Program-made: the position numbers and the translations under genes
Notes under the pieces: model-generated
Database searches by the model: none
What the model was told of the DNA's origin: nothing
The model's input: only the letters and a program-made list of their open reading frames with translations
Shown: piece by piece, positions 1 through 10,788 of the stretch
How positions within the stretch are numbered: position 1 is the stretch's first letter
Layout of the letters: every line of letters starts with the position of its first letter
From: Methanotrichaceae archaeon
Lineage (GTDB): Archaea; Halobacteriota; Methanosarcinia; Methanotrichales; Methanotrichaceae
Length of the DNA: 64,000 bases
NCBI GenBank assembly: GCA_963803145.1
Contig: CAWDLW010000025.1
Location: 32,001 to 96,000 of the forward strand
Direction of reading: 5' to 3'

Positions 1-4
1 ATGA

Positions 5-817
5 TCAAGTTCCTATCTTTACAGGTTCGACGATTGAGCGCAGCGTAGCTATAGCAGATAGCGCCGCAAGATAGCTCGTTCTGGGATTCTTCGGTGAAGG
101 CACGTTCTCTACACGTGTAGTTATTTGTCCGAAGTCGCCCTCAGCTACAATCTCATGTCTGTTGACATGGATGTTCGGATCCGCCACAATCCTCACGCGG
201 ACATCTCCATCGCGCGTAGCCAGGCAGAGTGTCGCCGCGACATTCACGTTCGCTGGGAATGCCTTTACGGCTTCAGCCGCAGTCCCCTCGAAGATCAGCG
301 TAGGTTCCTTCAATGCCTTGAGATTGATGTTCTTCTCGCGGATGTAAGGAGCGCCCTCAAGACCTGCGGGGTTCTTAGTAGTAGTAAGAGTAACCTTTCT
401 AATATTGCCTAGGCTGGCTGATTTAAGTCCATCGAGCCCTGAGATGGCGCCTGACGGCAGGTAAATCCTGGAGCCGTGCTCTGCCGCAAGACTCTTCACC
501 TCTCTGTAAAGGTTCAGATCCGTCAAGGCACCGACGCTCATGATCATAAGCTGCTTTCCCTTAACGAGTGTAGCCCTGGCAATAGCAGGAACTGTGCTCT
601 GTGCCGCAGCCTCGACAACGATATCGGAGGCGTTCACAAGCTCCTCCAGGTTTGCTCTGACAGGCTTCTTCTTCAAGCGGCCGATAAGACCGTCGGCGCA
701 CTTGATATTGCGATCGCAGACCGCCACAAGCTCTGCATTGATATCTCCGCTATCTATTGCCCTGGCGATTTCACTTCCTATGGCGCCGCACCCAACCAGC
801 CCGATCTTCAAAGGCAT
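5..817 (-). CDS. nadX: L-aspartate dehydrogenase
   Basis: Rossmann GxGxxG (GCGAIG), PSGAIxGLD, FPANVNVAA and NPRTSYLAALS motifs; divergent from nadC. Confidence 0.93.
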   Translation of the reverse strand: MPLKIGLVGCGAIGSEIARAIDSGDINAELVAVCDRNIKCADGLIGRLKKKPVRANLEELVNASDIVVEAAAQSTVPAIARATLVKGKQLMIMSVGALTDLNLYREVKSLAAEHGSRIYLPSGAISGLDGLKSASLGNIRKVTLTTTKNPAGLEGAPYIREKNINLKALKEPTLIFEGTAAEAVKAFPANVNVAATLCLATRDGDVRVRIVADPNIHVNRHEIVAEGDFGQITTRVENVPSPKNPRTSYLAALSAIATLRSIVEPVKIGT

Positions 818-858
818 CGGAGCCTATAAATTCAATTGGACATCAAAATCCTTGCGGT

Positions 859-1701
859 ATGCTGAGGTCTGAGCTGGAGAGGTTTATATCCGAGGATCTG
901 GGAGAATGGGATGTTTCAAGTGCAATAATCCCCGAGATCGACACTGGAGCAACGATTATCGCCAAAGAAGACTGTATCATATCCGGCTTAGTAGAAGCAT
1001 CTGAGATCTTTGAATATTTTGGCCTTATACCAATACCACTCTATGATGAGGGCGAATATGTAACGGCAGGATCTATTATCATGGAGGTTCGTGGGCGTGC
1101 CAGAAAGATATTGCAGGCTGAGAGGCTTGTGCTTAACTTTCTAACAAGGATGAGCGGTATATCGACACTAACTCGAGAATGTGTTGTTCGCGCCGAACGG
1201 TCATCGCGCAATGTGCGTGTGGCCTGTACGCGAAAGACTACGCCCGGCTTCAGGGTCCATGAAAAAAGGGCAGTCTTTCTAGGTGGGGGAGATGCCCATA
1301 GGTTCAACCTCTCGGATGCAGTTCTTATAAAGGATAACCACATTAAAATCCTCGGCTTAGAGAATTGCATAGCTAAAGCGAAGCGATTGGCCAGCTTTAC
1401 AAAGAAGATAGAGGTTGAGGTCGAAAGCCTCGAAGATATGCTGCGCGCTGCAGAGCTTGGCGTGGATATAATAATGTTCGATAACATGGAGCCGTCTGAG
1501 ATAAGGAGGGGTGTAGAGCTACTGCGGGCAAAGGGGCTTAAAGAGCATCTAATTCTCGAGGCCTCTGGAGGGATAACCCTTGAGACTATAGAGGATTACG
1601 CATCAACAGGAGTTGATGTGATCTCTATGGGTGCCCTGACAAGAGATGCAAAATGGATAGACATAAGCCTGGAGATGGAAACGGGCAAAAGCATCGAATA
1701 A
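859..1701 (+). CDS. nadC: Nicotinate-nucleotide pyrophosphorylase (quinolinate phosphoribosyltransferase)
   Basis: TRKTTPG, HRFNLSDAVLIKDNH, IEVEVE, EASGGI motifs; start moved to ATG 859 because the longer ORF overlaps nadX. Confidence 0.95.
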   Translation: MLRSELERFISEDLGEWDVSSAIIPEIDTGATIIAKEDCIISGLVEASEIFEYFGLIPIPLYDEGEYVTAGSIIMEVRGRARKILQAERLVLNFLTRMSGISTLTRECVVRAERSSRNVRVACTRKTTPGFRVHEKRAVFLGGGDAHRFNLSDAVLIKDNHIKILGLENCIAKAKRLASFTKKIEVEVESLEDMLRAAELGVDIIMFDNMEPSEIRRGVELLRAKGLKEHLILEASGGITLETIEDYASTGVDVISMGALTRDAKWIDISLEMETGKSIE

Positions 1702-1722
1702 CTAATGGAATGGTGGACCCGT

Positions 1723-2892
1723 ATGCGTCTGATTTATCTGGCGGTCCTTGTTTTGCTGACCTTATCGATGGCTAGCATTCATGGCAAGGCATCGAATGAT
1801 GATGTTACTTTTAGTGATTTCACACTCAATATCGGCGATAGCATAGATATAGGTGATTACACTGCCCAGCTGATTGAAATCCAGTCTGTCCGCGACGGCC
1901 TTGCGCTTATGAAGGTATCAAGCCCAGGAGGTCATTTGGACGAACAGAGGGTCCTCCTAGTCAATAGTGCCAATAGCTTCGATGGTGGAGCTGATGACAG
2001 CGGTATAACAATTACACTGATAGACATCTTCGATGAGCAATCCGCGAAAGTAAGGATTGAGTACCCCAAGAGCCTCGGCAATCCAAGAAGAGACTCCGCG
2101 GAGCCCAATCAGATAACAGTGGTCAGCAAACAGCCGAATCTGATAGTGCAGAAAAGCTTCGATAAAATGAACCTGAGCGTTGGAGATGAGGTTAAGGTCA
2201 CAGTCACAGTTAAAAATATCGGAACAGATACTGCATCGGGTGTAGAGGTCGATGATCTTCCACCAATCCCTGAGTTCTCCTACATTGCAGGCTATCCTCC
2301 GAAGATCAAAGATACTCTAGATTCCGGTGAATCGGATTTAGCAGTATACGTTATAGATGCTGTGAAGGATGGATCGATAACAGTTCCTGCGATAGAAGTC
2401 AGATACTCGGATTCAAAGAAGAACATCAAATCAAACACATCACAGCCATTTGATGTAGTGATTAATCCAAAAAGCAAGCCGGACATCAGAATTAAGCTTA
2501 GCGCTCCAGGCTCGATGGCGAGTGGAGAGAAAGGTATATTGAACGTCAACATAATCAACGCGGGAAAGGCGTCTGCTTCAAATATCCGGATCCAATCGAT
2601 GATAGATCCCTCGGATGGCCTATCCTCGACCGGCCTTGATAAAACACTCCCTAATATTGATCCTGGCAAGATGGAGAACTACTCTGCCGAGCTCGTTGGT
2701 GAGCGTAGCGGGAACTATACAATCGACCTGAAGGCCAGCTACCAGGGAGGAGACGAGACGATGCTTGCCGAGGGCATGACAGATGTGAACATTCGAGAAC
2801 AAGAGTATAAATATCTATATTACTTAGTAATCATCCCAATCATCGCAATAGCTGCGTGGATATTTAAGCGATACAGAGAGTATAAATATTGA
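1723..2892 (+). CDS. Exported Ig-like (DUF11/BatD/COG1361-like) surface protein with C-terminal TM anchor
   Basis: Signal peptide, 'VGDEVKVTVTVKNIG' Ig-like repeats, C-terminal hydrophobic helix plus basic tail. Confidence 0.7.
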   Translation: MRLIYLAVLVLLTLSMASIHGKASNDDVTFSDFTLNIGDSIDIGDYTAQLIEIQSVRDGLALMKVSSPGGHLDEQRVLLVNSANSFDGGADDSGITITLIDIFDEQSAKVRIEYPKSLGNPRRDSAEPNQITVVSKQPNLIVQKSFDKMNLSVGDEVKVTVTVKNIGTDTASGVEVDDLPPIPEFSYIAGYPPKIKDTLDSGESDLAVYVIDAVKDGSITVPAIEVRYSDSKKNIKSNTSQPFDVVINPKSKPDIRIKLSAPGSMASGEKGILNVNIINAGKASASNIRIQSMIDPSDGLSSTGLDKTLPNIDPGKMENYSAELVGERSGNYTIDLKASYQGGDETMLAEGMTDVNIREQEYKYLYYLVIIPIIAIAAWIFKRYREYKY

Positions 2893-2970
2893 AGGAGTTG
2901 TGTATCTCCGGAAGAATACCATGTGGGCAATAATAAGAATTCAAGTCATAGCTCAAACAGGTTTGAGATC

Positions 2971-4071
2971 ATGCTTAACGTACTCATACTTGGCGTAGGC
3001 CAATGCGGAAACAGGATCCTTGATGCCATAAACAAGGAGGCTTTCGGGGGGTCCACCATCTCAAAGTACTGCTTGCGCCCGAAGTTTCCCAGCCGAGTGG
3101 AAACAATCGCCATTAATACCGCTGTTAACGACCTCAAAGAGCTGAGGTTCACGACTGCCAAGGATAGACTCCATGTCCCAAATCTGCATGGAGTAGGGGC
3201 GAACAGGAATGTAGGCAAACAGGGATTCTGGGAGAACCGCGACCTGTTAATGGAGGAGATCGAGAAGAGAGGAGACTTCGATCTGGCCTTCGTGATCACA
3301 TCAACATCAGGCGGCACAGGTTCGTCTTTTTCGCCGCTGCTTATTCAGGAGCTGAAGAGGAGATACAGGAATATAACGGTGGTGACGGTGGCTATTCTTC
3401 CCTTCAGAGAGGAGGGCTCAATCTATCTTCAAAATGCTGCCTTCTGCATGAGGGAGCTGATGGAGGTTGATTCGGAAGGTCTCATTCTCGTTGATAATCA
3501 ATATCTGAAGAGATGCAGCGGAGATATAGCCACTGCATATAATAAGATAAATAGCATGGTTGCACAGCGACTGCTCTTTCTCATAGAATCGTTGGACAGC
3601 GAGATGTTATCCGTAACTGATTTGGGCGATTTCAAAACCGTTATGAGTGGTGGCTTAAGAATATGCACAATGGGCTTCTTCCAGGCCGACAGGAAAACGC
3701 CTTCAGTAAAAACTGCAATAGAGAATAGCGTCAAACCGGGCAACCTGCTTTATCCTGCAAACATCTACGAGGATGCTGCAAGGGCCATGGTTATCATACA
3801 GGGATCTAAAGAGCATCTCGATGTTGACGAAATAACTAAAGAGATCGAGAGGCTCTCCGCAAGTGCAGGACACGTCTTCAAGGGACTTGTGGTGAAGAAA
3901 GGATATCCTAGGGTTCTATCAATATTTACGCTTGCAAGTGTGCCGGAACTAGAGGCACTATACGCTCAGGCTGCTCGTGCAATCCAAGAGGAGAAGGATC
4001 GAAAACAGAGGGCGAGAAAGAATCTGAGCGACGCATTTGCGCATATTGAAGATCTGGAGGAGATTTATTAA
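2971..4071 (+). CDS. cetZ: Tubulin/FtsZ superfamily protein, CetZ-like
   Basis: GVGQCGNRI, AINTA, GxGAN and SGGTGS signature, LVDN; tubulin-like GQxG and GGTGS rather than FtsZ GGxG/GGTGT. Confidence 0.75.
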   Translation: MLNVLILGVGQCGNRILDAINKEAFGGSTISKYCLRPKFPSRVETIAINTAVNDLKELRFTTAKDRLHVPNLHGVGANRNVGKQGFWENRDLLMEEIEKRGDFDLAFVITSTSGGTGSSFSPLLIQELKRRYRNITVVTVAILPFREEGSIYLQNAAFCMRELMEVDSEGLILVDNQYLKRCSGDIATAYNKINSMVAQRLLFLIESLDSEMLSVTDLGDFKTVMSGGLRICTMGFFQADRKTPSVKTAIENSVKPGNLLYPANIYEDAARAMVIIQGSKEHLDVDEITKEIERLSASAGHVFKGLVVKKGYPRVLSIFTLASVPELEALYAQAARAIQEEKDRKQRARKNLSDAFAHIEDLEEIY

Positions 4072-4126
4072 TATTATTTATAATACCGCTAGTAACTATT
4101 TAGCGCATGTTCTATAATTTTATACT

Positions 4127-5014
4127 TTAAAGGCTAAATCGCTTATACATCATAGCATACATTTGGTTCAATCCCAGGACTTTTGCCACGTCTGTCATCT
4201 CAGCAGCTTTCAGAATTTGCGCCTTCACAGGAGGCACAGGCTTACCATCTTTTGCATACACAGCACCGCCTTTCATCTTTGAGCATATGTAGCTGCCAGC
4301 GCTCCCTTCGATGAACACCTCTCCGCCATGCATCTCGGCACCTGTGAAATCGCTCGCATTGCCACGAACAACAATTCTCCCGCCCTTCATCAAAACGCCT
4401 GTGTTGCGGTCTGCGTTTCCATAGATATCTATCAAGCCAGAGCGCATGAGTATTCCTGTGCTCATGCCGGCATTGCCTCTAAGTGATATAGTTCTCGTGG
4501 CAGTCATCCTTGCCCCGACAGTATCTCTTAAGATGCCATCGCGAATCAATAGTCCATTTGTATCAAGGGTATTGGGCTCCAAGATAGTAGTGCCGTGCTC
4601 AAGAGCATCGGTGATGGATATATATTTCCTGTATCCGCTGAGATCTGTCTCGACTTCTATAATATTTCCGATAGGCTGCCCAATCTTGCCGCTCACATAA
4701 ACAGTCCCACGAAGCATGCTTATGCCCATTCTGCTGCCTACGTCGCCATCCACTACTATTTTGCCTGTTCCCTCTATTGGCCCGCCCTTGCCTCCGAATC
4801 TGACTAAATCGACTCCAAGGCTCGACCCAAGCCTGCTTCTTACAGAGCCTCTTATGCGCACTGTCTCTCCTCTTTTCAGTGCATCTACGATCCTGCGGAA
4901 GCTAATGCCGCTTATGGTCTTTTCAGGATCCAAGCGAGAGCCTTTATGCTGCCAATAAAAGTCAAATGTAAAATCGCATAGACACTCTTCTCCCGAGGCC
5001 TCAATCTCTATCAA
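4127..5014 (-). CDS. GXGXG beta-helix protein (FwdC/GltB C-terminal-like)
   Basis: Repeated GxxMxGGxIxxxGxAG units. Confidence 0.75.
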   Translation of the reverse strand: MIEIEASGEECLCDFTFDFYWQHKGSRLDPEKTISGISFRRIVDALKRGETVRIRGSVRSRLGSSLGVDLVRFGGKGGPIEGTGKIVVDGDVGSRMGISMLRGTVYVSGKIGQPIGNIIEVETDLSGYRKYISITDALEHGTTILEPNTLDTNGLLIRDGILRDTVGARMTATRTISLRGNAGMSTGILMRSGLIDIYGNADRNTGVLMKGGRIVVRGNASDFTGAEMHGGEVFIEGSAGSYICSKMKGGAVYAKDGKPVPPVKAQILKAAEMTDVAKVLGLNQMYAMMYKRFSL

Positions 5015-6114
5015 TTGGACTCCTTAGAAGGATGCTCTCCAGCTATGCGTTTGGAGATATTGATGCCCACAATAGTGACGAGTATGGCAGCGACAGCAGA
5101 TACAGCCAGATATTGAAGAGATTGTACCATGCCGAGGCTGAAATGGAGGTCCGCGTTGCTTGCAAGTATGAAGCCGCTTGCAGACCAGAGCACAAGGCCT
5201 GTAGCGAAGAAAAAGAATGGATATGAATAGGTGCGTTCATCTCTTATTCCCTCCAAATACATATCCATGATCTTCCCGAGGTTGGCGCAGATGGCCGCAG
5301 CCATGTACCACCATATGCTGTCATGAAGATAGACCATCACCAGCGTGAGATAGCCATACCATATAGGCTCATGCCAGTACTGCAGGAAGCTTGCTGCACC
5401 TTGAATCGTTGCAATGATCACTAACATGGCAGCCAGAATATAGGTGACGAATGCAATCTTCCCGGCGTAAAGTGAAGTCCGCAATGTCTGCTTTGCGTCC
5501 TCCATAGAATCATCCAGGCCGAGACCCCTGAAGAGAAGATAGAGCCCGATTGCGCCCGTAATAGCGATCACAGCGCCCTCTGGATAACGCAAGAAGCTGA
5601 ATAGTGCGTACATCAGCAGTGCGAGGCCAGGCGGAATGAATACTGTATGACTTATCTTTGGATCAGTGAAGATCTGCTTCAGAAGGTAATAGGTACTCTC
5701 CAGGTTAGGACTCTGCTTTACAACAACTCGCTTTACGCCATTTACTTTTACACGAGATTGAATTATAGGAAGTATGGCCTCGTCCTCTGCACCATCAGAA
5801 ACGACAATAACGCCGTCGGGATTGAACTGGCGCATAAGCTCTTCAAGCTGGCATGCAAGCTTCTCATCAGAAATCAGACCGACCTTGATGTCGCCTGCAA
5901 GAGAGGCTATCTCTGCCTGCTTTCCTGAGGCAACAAGTTCATCGAGCACCTTGATGCCCCCGAAGATGGTATTGCTGTCGGAGTCCTCAGGATCGGCTAT
6001 CGCCAGCTTCAAAGCAGCATCGATATTGGCTCCTCGACCGATAACAGGACAAGCTACCCCCGCTTTCCGTCCCAGATCGTTGTCTCTGTCGATACATAGG
6101 ACGAGGATGCTCAT
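5011..6114 (-). CDS. DUF373 family membrane protein
   Basis: LCIDRDNDLG, DPEDSDSN, SDGAEDE, VVKQS motifs followed by several TM helices. Confidence 0.88.
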   Translation of the reverse strand: MSILVLCIDRDNDLGRKAGVACPVIGRGANIDAALKLAIADPEDSDSNTIFGGIKVLDELVASGKQAEIASLAGDIKVGLISDEKLACQLEELMRQFNPDGVIVVSDGAEDEAILPIIQSRVKVNGVKRVVVKQSPNLESTYYLLKQIFTDPKISHTVFIPPGLALLMYALFSFLRYPEGAVIAITGAIGLYLLFRGLGLDDSMEDAKQTLRTSLYAGKIAFVTYILAAMLVIIATIQGAASFLQYWHEPIWYGYLTLVMVYLHDSIWWYMAAAICANLGKIMDMYLEGIRDERTYSYPFFFFATGLVLWSASGFILASNADLHFSLGMVQSLQYLAVSAVAAILVTIVGINISKRIAGEHPSKESN

Positions 6115-6289
6115 ATCCCCAATATCGGTGAAGTATTGTACTTAAAGGATTCCATGGACTGGTGCGATGACCTCATTGTAGAATCACAAGATCGTAGAGG
6201 TTTCCAATGGTTATCGTTTATTGAAGTGCCAACATTTTGCGGAGGATCTGCCATAAGATATTTATTCATTCGGAACTAATAACTTAATT

Positions 6290-6760
6290 ATGAGATATTT
6301 GATATTAATATTTATGATACTCCTAATGGTATCTCTCTGTCCTCATGCATCAGCTGCCACTATAGATAATTCAACAGTGCAGTATTATGTAAACATTTAT
6401 AACAGTAGGATAGATAATGCCCCTGATATCCTCAAAGCTCTTGTTGGAAATCAGAGGATCGATTTAGACGTCATTAGAAATGATGGAAGCATATACAAGA
6501 CAGGATTCGAGATGCAAAACGCTCGCATCAGCAGTACGGTAGAGGGTGGTATAAGTGATCCCACCATCTCGATTAACGCCACAGAGGATTCAATAAACAG
6601 GATCAGAAGCTCAAGCGATCCTATATCTACGTTCCAGCAGGAAAGAAGCTATGGCGGAATAAATATTCAAGGCAATACATTTACTACAAGGGCAGAACTG
6701 GGCATCGTGTTATCGAATACAGATGTTCTGAAATTCTTCTATAATATCTTCTTTGGCTAG
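6290..6760 (+). CDS. Exported hypothetical protein (possibly SCP2-like fold)
   Basis: Signal peptide ending ASA; 156-aa ORF; fold guessed from residue pattern only. Confidence 0.55.
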   Translation: MRYLILIFMILLMVSLCPHASAATIDNSTVQYYVNIYNSRIDNAPDILKALVGNQRIDLDVIRNDGSIYKTGFEMQNARISSTVEGGISDPTISINATEDSINRIRSSSDPISTFQQERSYGGINIQGNTFTTRAELGIVLSNTDVLKFFYNIFFG

Positions 6761-6842
6761 CTGGAGTTATTCCAGCTAGAACAACGCTTTTTTATTAAGG
6801 ACTCGATAATAAGAGGCAACGTGTAGATAATTAGAGGCAGTT

Positions 6843-7970
6843 GTGTACGATGTGATAATAGCGGGCGCTGGTCCTGCGGGATCTTCCGCCGCCAGGAATG
6901 CAGCTAAGCTTGGCTTGGATGCGCTTGTTATTGAGAAGGAAAGTTTTCCCAGGTATAAACCCTGCGGAGGAGCCATCTCAGAGCGGACGATATCATATCT
7001 GGACTTCTCCCTCCCGAGCTATATCTGCGAGAGGAACATTACAGGCGCCAGAATGCATTACCGCGACAATGTAGTCGATGTACAGAAGGGCTATCGAATC
7101 ATCACTCTTGTCACGAGAAGCGCATTTGATCATTTTATGCTCCAGAAGGCGCTTGATGCCGGAGCTCAAGCGATCATGGGTAGCAAGGTCAAAGGGTACA
7201 AGGAGAAGAACGATAGCGTCGAGGTTTATACAAATGAGGGAGTATATAGCTCTAGGTATTTGATTATAGCATCAGGCTGCCAGAATTTGCTTAAGGAAAC
7301 GATCCGGGGCCATGATAGAAATGATCAGTACGGCGCCTGCTTGGTGGCAGAGATACCGGAAGATGATAATAAGATAGAAGAGCGCATGCGCAGTATCGTA
7401 GATGTCCATTTCGGAGTGGTACCGACGGGATATGGCTGGGTTTTTCCGCATAAGGGTTACTATTCTGTTGGCATAGGCGGCATTGCATCGCGCCTAATGC
7501 ATCCCAAGGAGATTATGATAAATTTCCTTCGAAAAAATGGGTTTTTGGGAGATTACAAGCTTCATGGACATCTGATCCCCTTTGAGGGAATAGAGAGGAG
7601 TCTGGCAAGCCAAAGGGTTCTTCTGGCAGGAGATTCAGCTGGTTTCGTAGATGCATTCACTGGAGAGGGAATAGCCTATGCAGTGCGATCCGGGCAAATA
7701 GCATCAGAGGTCATAGCGGACGGGCTTCCGCAGGAAAGCATACCCAACGAATATAAAGCAAGATGCGATGCGGACTTTGGAGCGGAGTTGAGATATGCTC
7801 TTCTATTCTCGAAGACAGTCCATTCCCGGCCAGAGCTGTTCCTGAAATTGCTGATGAGCCAGGAAAAGTTCATAGACAAATATGTGGAGATCATAGCCTC
7901 AAGAGGAACATACAAAAGCTACATCAAATGGCTCCTGCCAAGGATTCCCATGTCTTTTCTTTCCCTATGA
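6843..7970 (+). CDS. Geranylgeranyl reductase family FAD-dependent oxidoreductase
   Basis: GAGPAG, PRYKPCGG, GYGWVFP, GDSAGFVDAFTGEGI motifs. Confidence 0.9.
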   Translation: MYDVIIAGAGPAGSSAARNAAKLGLDALVIEKESFPRYKPCGGAISERTISYLDFSLPSYICERNITGARMHYRDNVVDVQKGYRIITLVTRSAFDHFMLQKALDAGAQAIMGSKVKGYKEKNDSVEVYTNEGVYSSRYLIIASGCQNLLKETIRGHDRNDQYGACLVAEIPEDDNKIEERMRSIVDVHFGVVPTGYGWVFPHKGYYSVGIGGIASRLMHPKEIMINFLRKNGFLGDYKLHGHLIPFEGIERSLASQRVLLAGDSAGFVDAFTGEGIAYAVRSGQIASEVIADGLPQESIPNEYKARCDADFGAELRYALLFSKTVHSRPELFLKLLMSQEKFIDKYVEIIASRGTYKSYIKWLLPRIPMSFLSL

Positions 7971-8105
7971 TAATCATCCCAAGCAATTTTTCGCATCTAT
8001 CTTTTGACTGCCAGTCCCGATCCGAGGATAATTATATCTAAATATATTATATAGAGGAATGCCCTAATATCTAAGTTAAGTGTAATAAGATATTGAGGCG
8101 GTAAC

Positions 8106-8972
8106 ATGGCCAGGACAGGGGCTGCACTGGTATTCATGATGCTACTGGCAGTTTCTCTATCGTACTATCTCGATTATGACCTGAAGCATCTCGGTGGTGG
8201 CAGCGTAGTAGGTGATCTTCTAGAAAAGACAGCATATGCCATCTTGGGAAATGGGGATGTCCAAGCAGTATACCGCCAGATGCAAGCTGCTGTAACTGCT
8301 GTAGATGCGGATACTATAAAGAAAGCAAGTCAAGACCTCAAAAGTCTACTCACAATAGCTATCGCTACTGCTATCAATAAAACGAAGATTATCGTTGCAA
8401 TACTGGCATCCTACGTGCCGTTTGCAGAGAAATATTGGCAAATGCAAAACTTACAAACGCAAGCAGTATTGGCTTTCATAATAGCATCAATAGTAATTTT
8501 AACTTTATTCAAAGCTAGATTGCCGTCCATATTCCTAGGAGAAAACTGGAGTAGATATTCTTCCGAGTTAGATATCAAGATAAAATGTATAGAGCCGTTA
8601 TTGAAGAATTTGAAGATCAATTATGTTATCGAGAGGCCATGCAAATTTAGGGAAGGACATGTTACGCATGAGGGCAAGATCGATTTCTATCTGTATGATG
8701 ATATGGGGCCTGTTACCATAATCGAAGATAAAGCAACAATAAAAAACGATGAAGATCTTAGAGATGCACGAGCACAGGCAAGATCTTATTGCCTCGGATT
8801 GTATATCTTCGAAAATTTAGTGGTAAATAGCTTTGTGATTGCTTCGAAAGAGGGCTTAAGGATATACCAAATCAGACACAAAGAGGATCATCTCGTTGGA
8901 GAGGTGAGCCCCGATAGACTAAACCGGTCTAGAAAAAGATGGATAAAGGAGAAGCTACTGGAGATAAGATAG
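8106..8972 (+). CDS. Membrane-anchored protein with C-terminal HsdR-N-like PD-(D/E)xK nuclease-type domain
   Basis: N-terminal hydrophobic segments; C-terminal 'GKIDFYLY...IIEDK...AQARSY' pattern resembles type I restriction HsdR N-terminal domains. Confidence 0.5.
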   Translation: MARTGAALVFMMLLAVSLSYYLDYDLKHLGGGSVVGDLLEKTAYAILGNGDVQAVYRQMQAAVTAVDADTIKKASQDLKSLLTIAIATAINKTKIIVAILASYVPFAEKYWQMQNLQTQAVLAFIIASIVILTLFKARLPSIFLGENWSRYSSELDIKIKCIEPLLKNLKINYVIERPCKFREGHVTHEGKIDFYLYDDMGPVTIIEDKATIKNDEDLRDARAQARSYCLGLYIFENLVVNSFVIASKEGLRIYQIRHKEDHLVGEVSPDRLNRSRKRWIKEKLLEIR

Positions 8973-8988
8973 CATAAATGGATTAGGT

Positions 8989-9723
8989 ATGAGAGCCAAA
9001 TCTTTAGCAGCATCAATTTTCCTAGAATCGGGTTCCCTGGCATTAGTTCTCCTCTTTCTGATAGCCATATCTACGGCTGTTCCTCAGGGATCTTATGGGC
9101 AGCAATATGGCTATGGAGAGTGCCAGAAGTCGTTCATTATTGGAGTGGATCTTCAAAGGGTCTCCGGGCAGGTTAGTTCCCAAGGCTTTCTTGTGTATTT
9201 AGATGGCGCATACATGGGCTCTACTGATAGTGATGGCAGATTGGGGATTAGTACTTATGGCGGTCAGCACATCATAAATGTCTCTAAACAGGCAGGCATG
9301 GATACATATTCCGGAAGTTGGACTGGGATCATCGATTGCTATTACCCGGCCGGAGGGACGAATTATGTACCCATTACGATAAGCTGGATTCCAGGTAAAA
9401 CATCCGTTCAAGTACAATCTGCTCAAGTACAGCCTGCTCAAGCGCAGCCTGTGATCAATATTCCCAAGCCTGCCAATTTAGAGGGCATCATATTGATCGT
9501 AGTAATAGCTATTGCGCTAATAATCGGAATAATCATTGTGCTGAAATCTATAAGATATTTCCTTGTGAACGCTATCCTGGGATTATTGGTGCTATACCTG
9601 GCGAATGCATTTGCAGGGCTGAATATTGCGTACACATGGCTTGTTATAGTGATTTGTGCGATAGGTGGAATTGCAGGAGCCATAATTGTTATTATCCTGC
9701 ATCTATACGGAATGCCGATATAA
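8989..9723 (+). CDS. Exported PEGA-like domain fused to a BofA-like 3-TM domain
   Basis: Signal peptide, 'VYLDGAYMGST' PEGA-like motif, QP-rich linker, C-terminal 'NAILGLLVL...AIGGIAG' BofA-like region. Confidence 0.55.
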   Translation: MRAKSLAASIFLESGSLALVLLFLIAISTAVPQGSYGQQYGYGECQKSFIIGVDLQRVSGQVSSQGFLVYLDGAYMGSTDSDGRLGISTYGGQHIINVSKQAGMDTYSGSWTGIIDCYYPAGGTNYVPITISWIPGKTSVQVQSAQVQPAQAQPVINIPKPANLEGIILIVVIAIALIIGIIIVLKSIRYFLVNAILGLLVLYLANAFAGLNIAYTWLVIVICAIGGIAGAIIVIILHLYGMPI

Positions 9724-9852
9724 AGTTTAGATATGTTTATAATTCCTAGAAAATGTATCCTACATTTATTCTACATTTACAGTCGTCAGGTTGCTTTACG
9801 ATTGTTCAACTAGGCAGATTAAGATTTTGATTCTTTAAGATGCCACATTAAA

Positions 9853-10145
9853 CCCACATTCCGCGCTTTAACTTCCTAAACCGATTATTTTTCTAGCTAG
9901 CGATTCTCCAAATATAATCAAAAAATATATTATCTATTTATATCAATAATTTATTTGTTTGCTGCGTCGCCCCTAATTAGACCCTAATAAGAGAATGATT
10001 TGCCATCTTATACCATAAGGGAAAAATGGCATATTGCAAAATTAATCGAAAAGAAATTCTTTATAAATTAAAATATTTTCATTCAATATCTGAAATAGAT
10101 AGCTAGAAAAATATTGATTTCTGATCTCAAAGTGCGGAATGTAGG
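9853..10145. mobile_element. MITE (293 bp, non-coding), probably IS1634-family derived
   Basis: Ends CCCACATTCCGCGCTTT and AAAGTGCGGAATGTAGG are inverted repeats that continue imperfectly for about 60-70 bp; exact 6-bp direct repeat ATTAAA on both sides (9847-9852, 10146-10151). Confidence 0.8.
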
Positions 10146-10305
10146 ATTAAATCCACAAAAAGAGATTAATAATTCGAGATGACGTTCGCATATTTACAGA
10201 GATTAAATATCATATCGTTTTCAGCAAATATAATATTCAACTCTATTCCTCTAGCGCAGTCCCCTAGCTTTAGCTCAGAAGGCTAGAGATAGAGAGGGAC
10301 TATCT

Positions 10306-10752
<447 letters not shown>

Positions 10753-10788
10753 TTATGTGCTCACATGCTCATCAATTTCACGCACACT

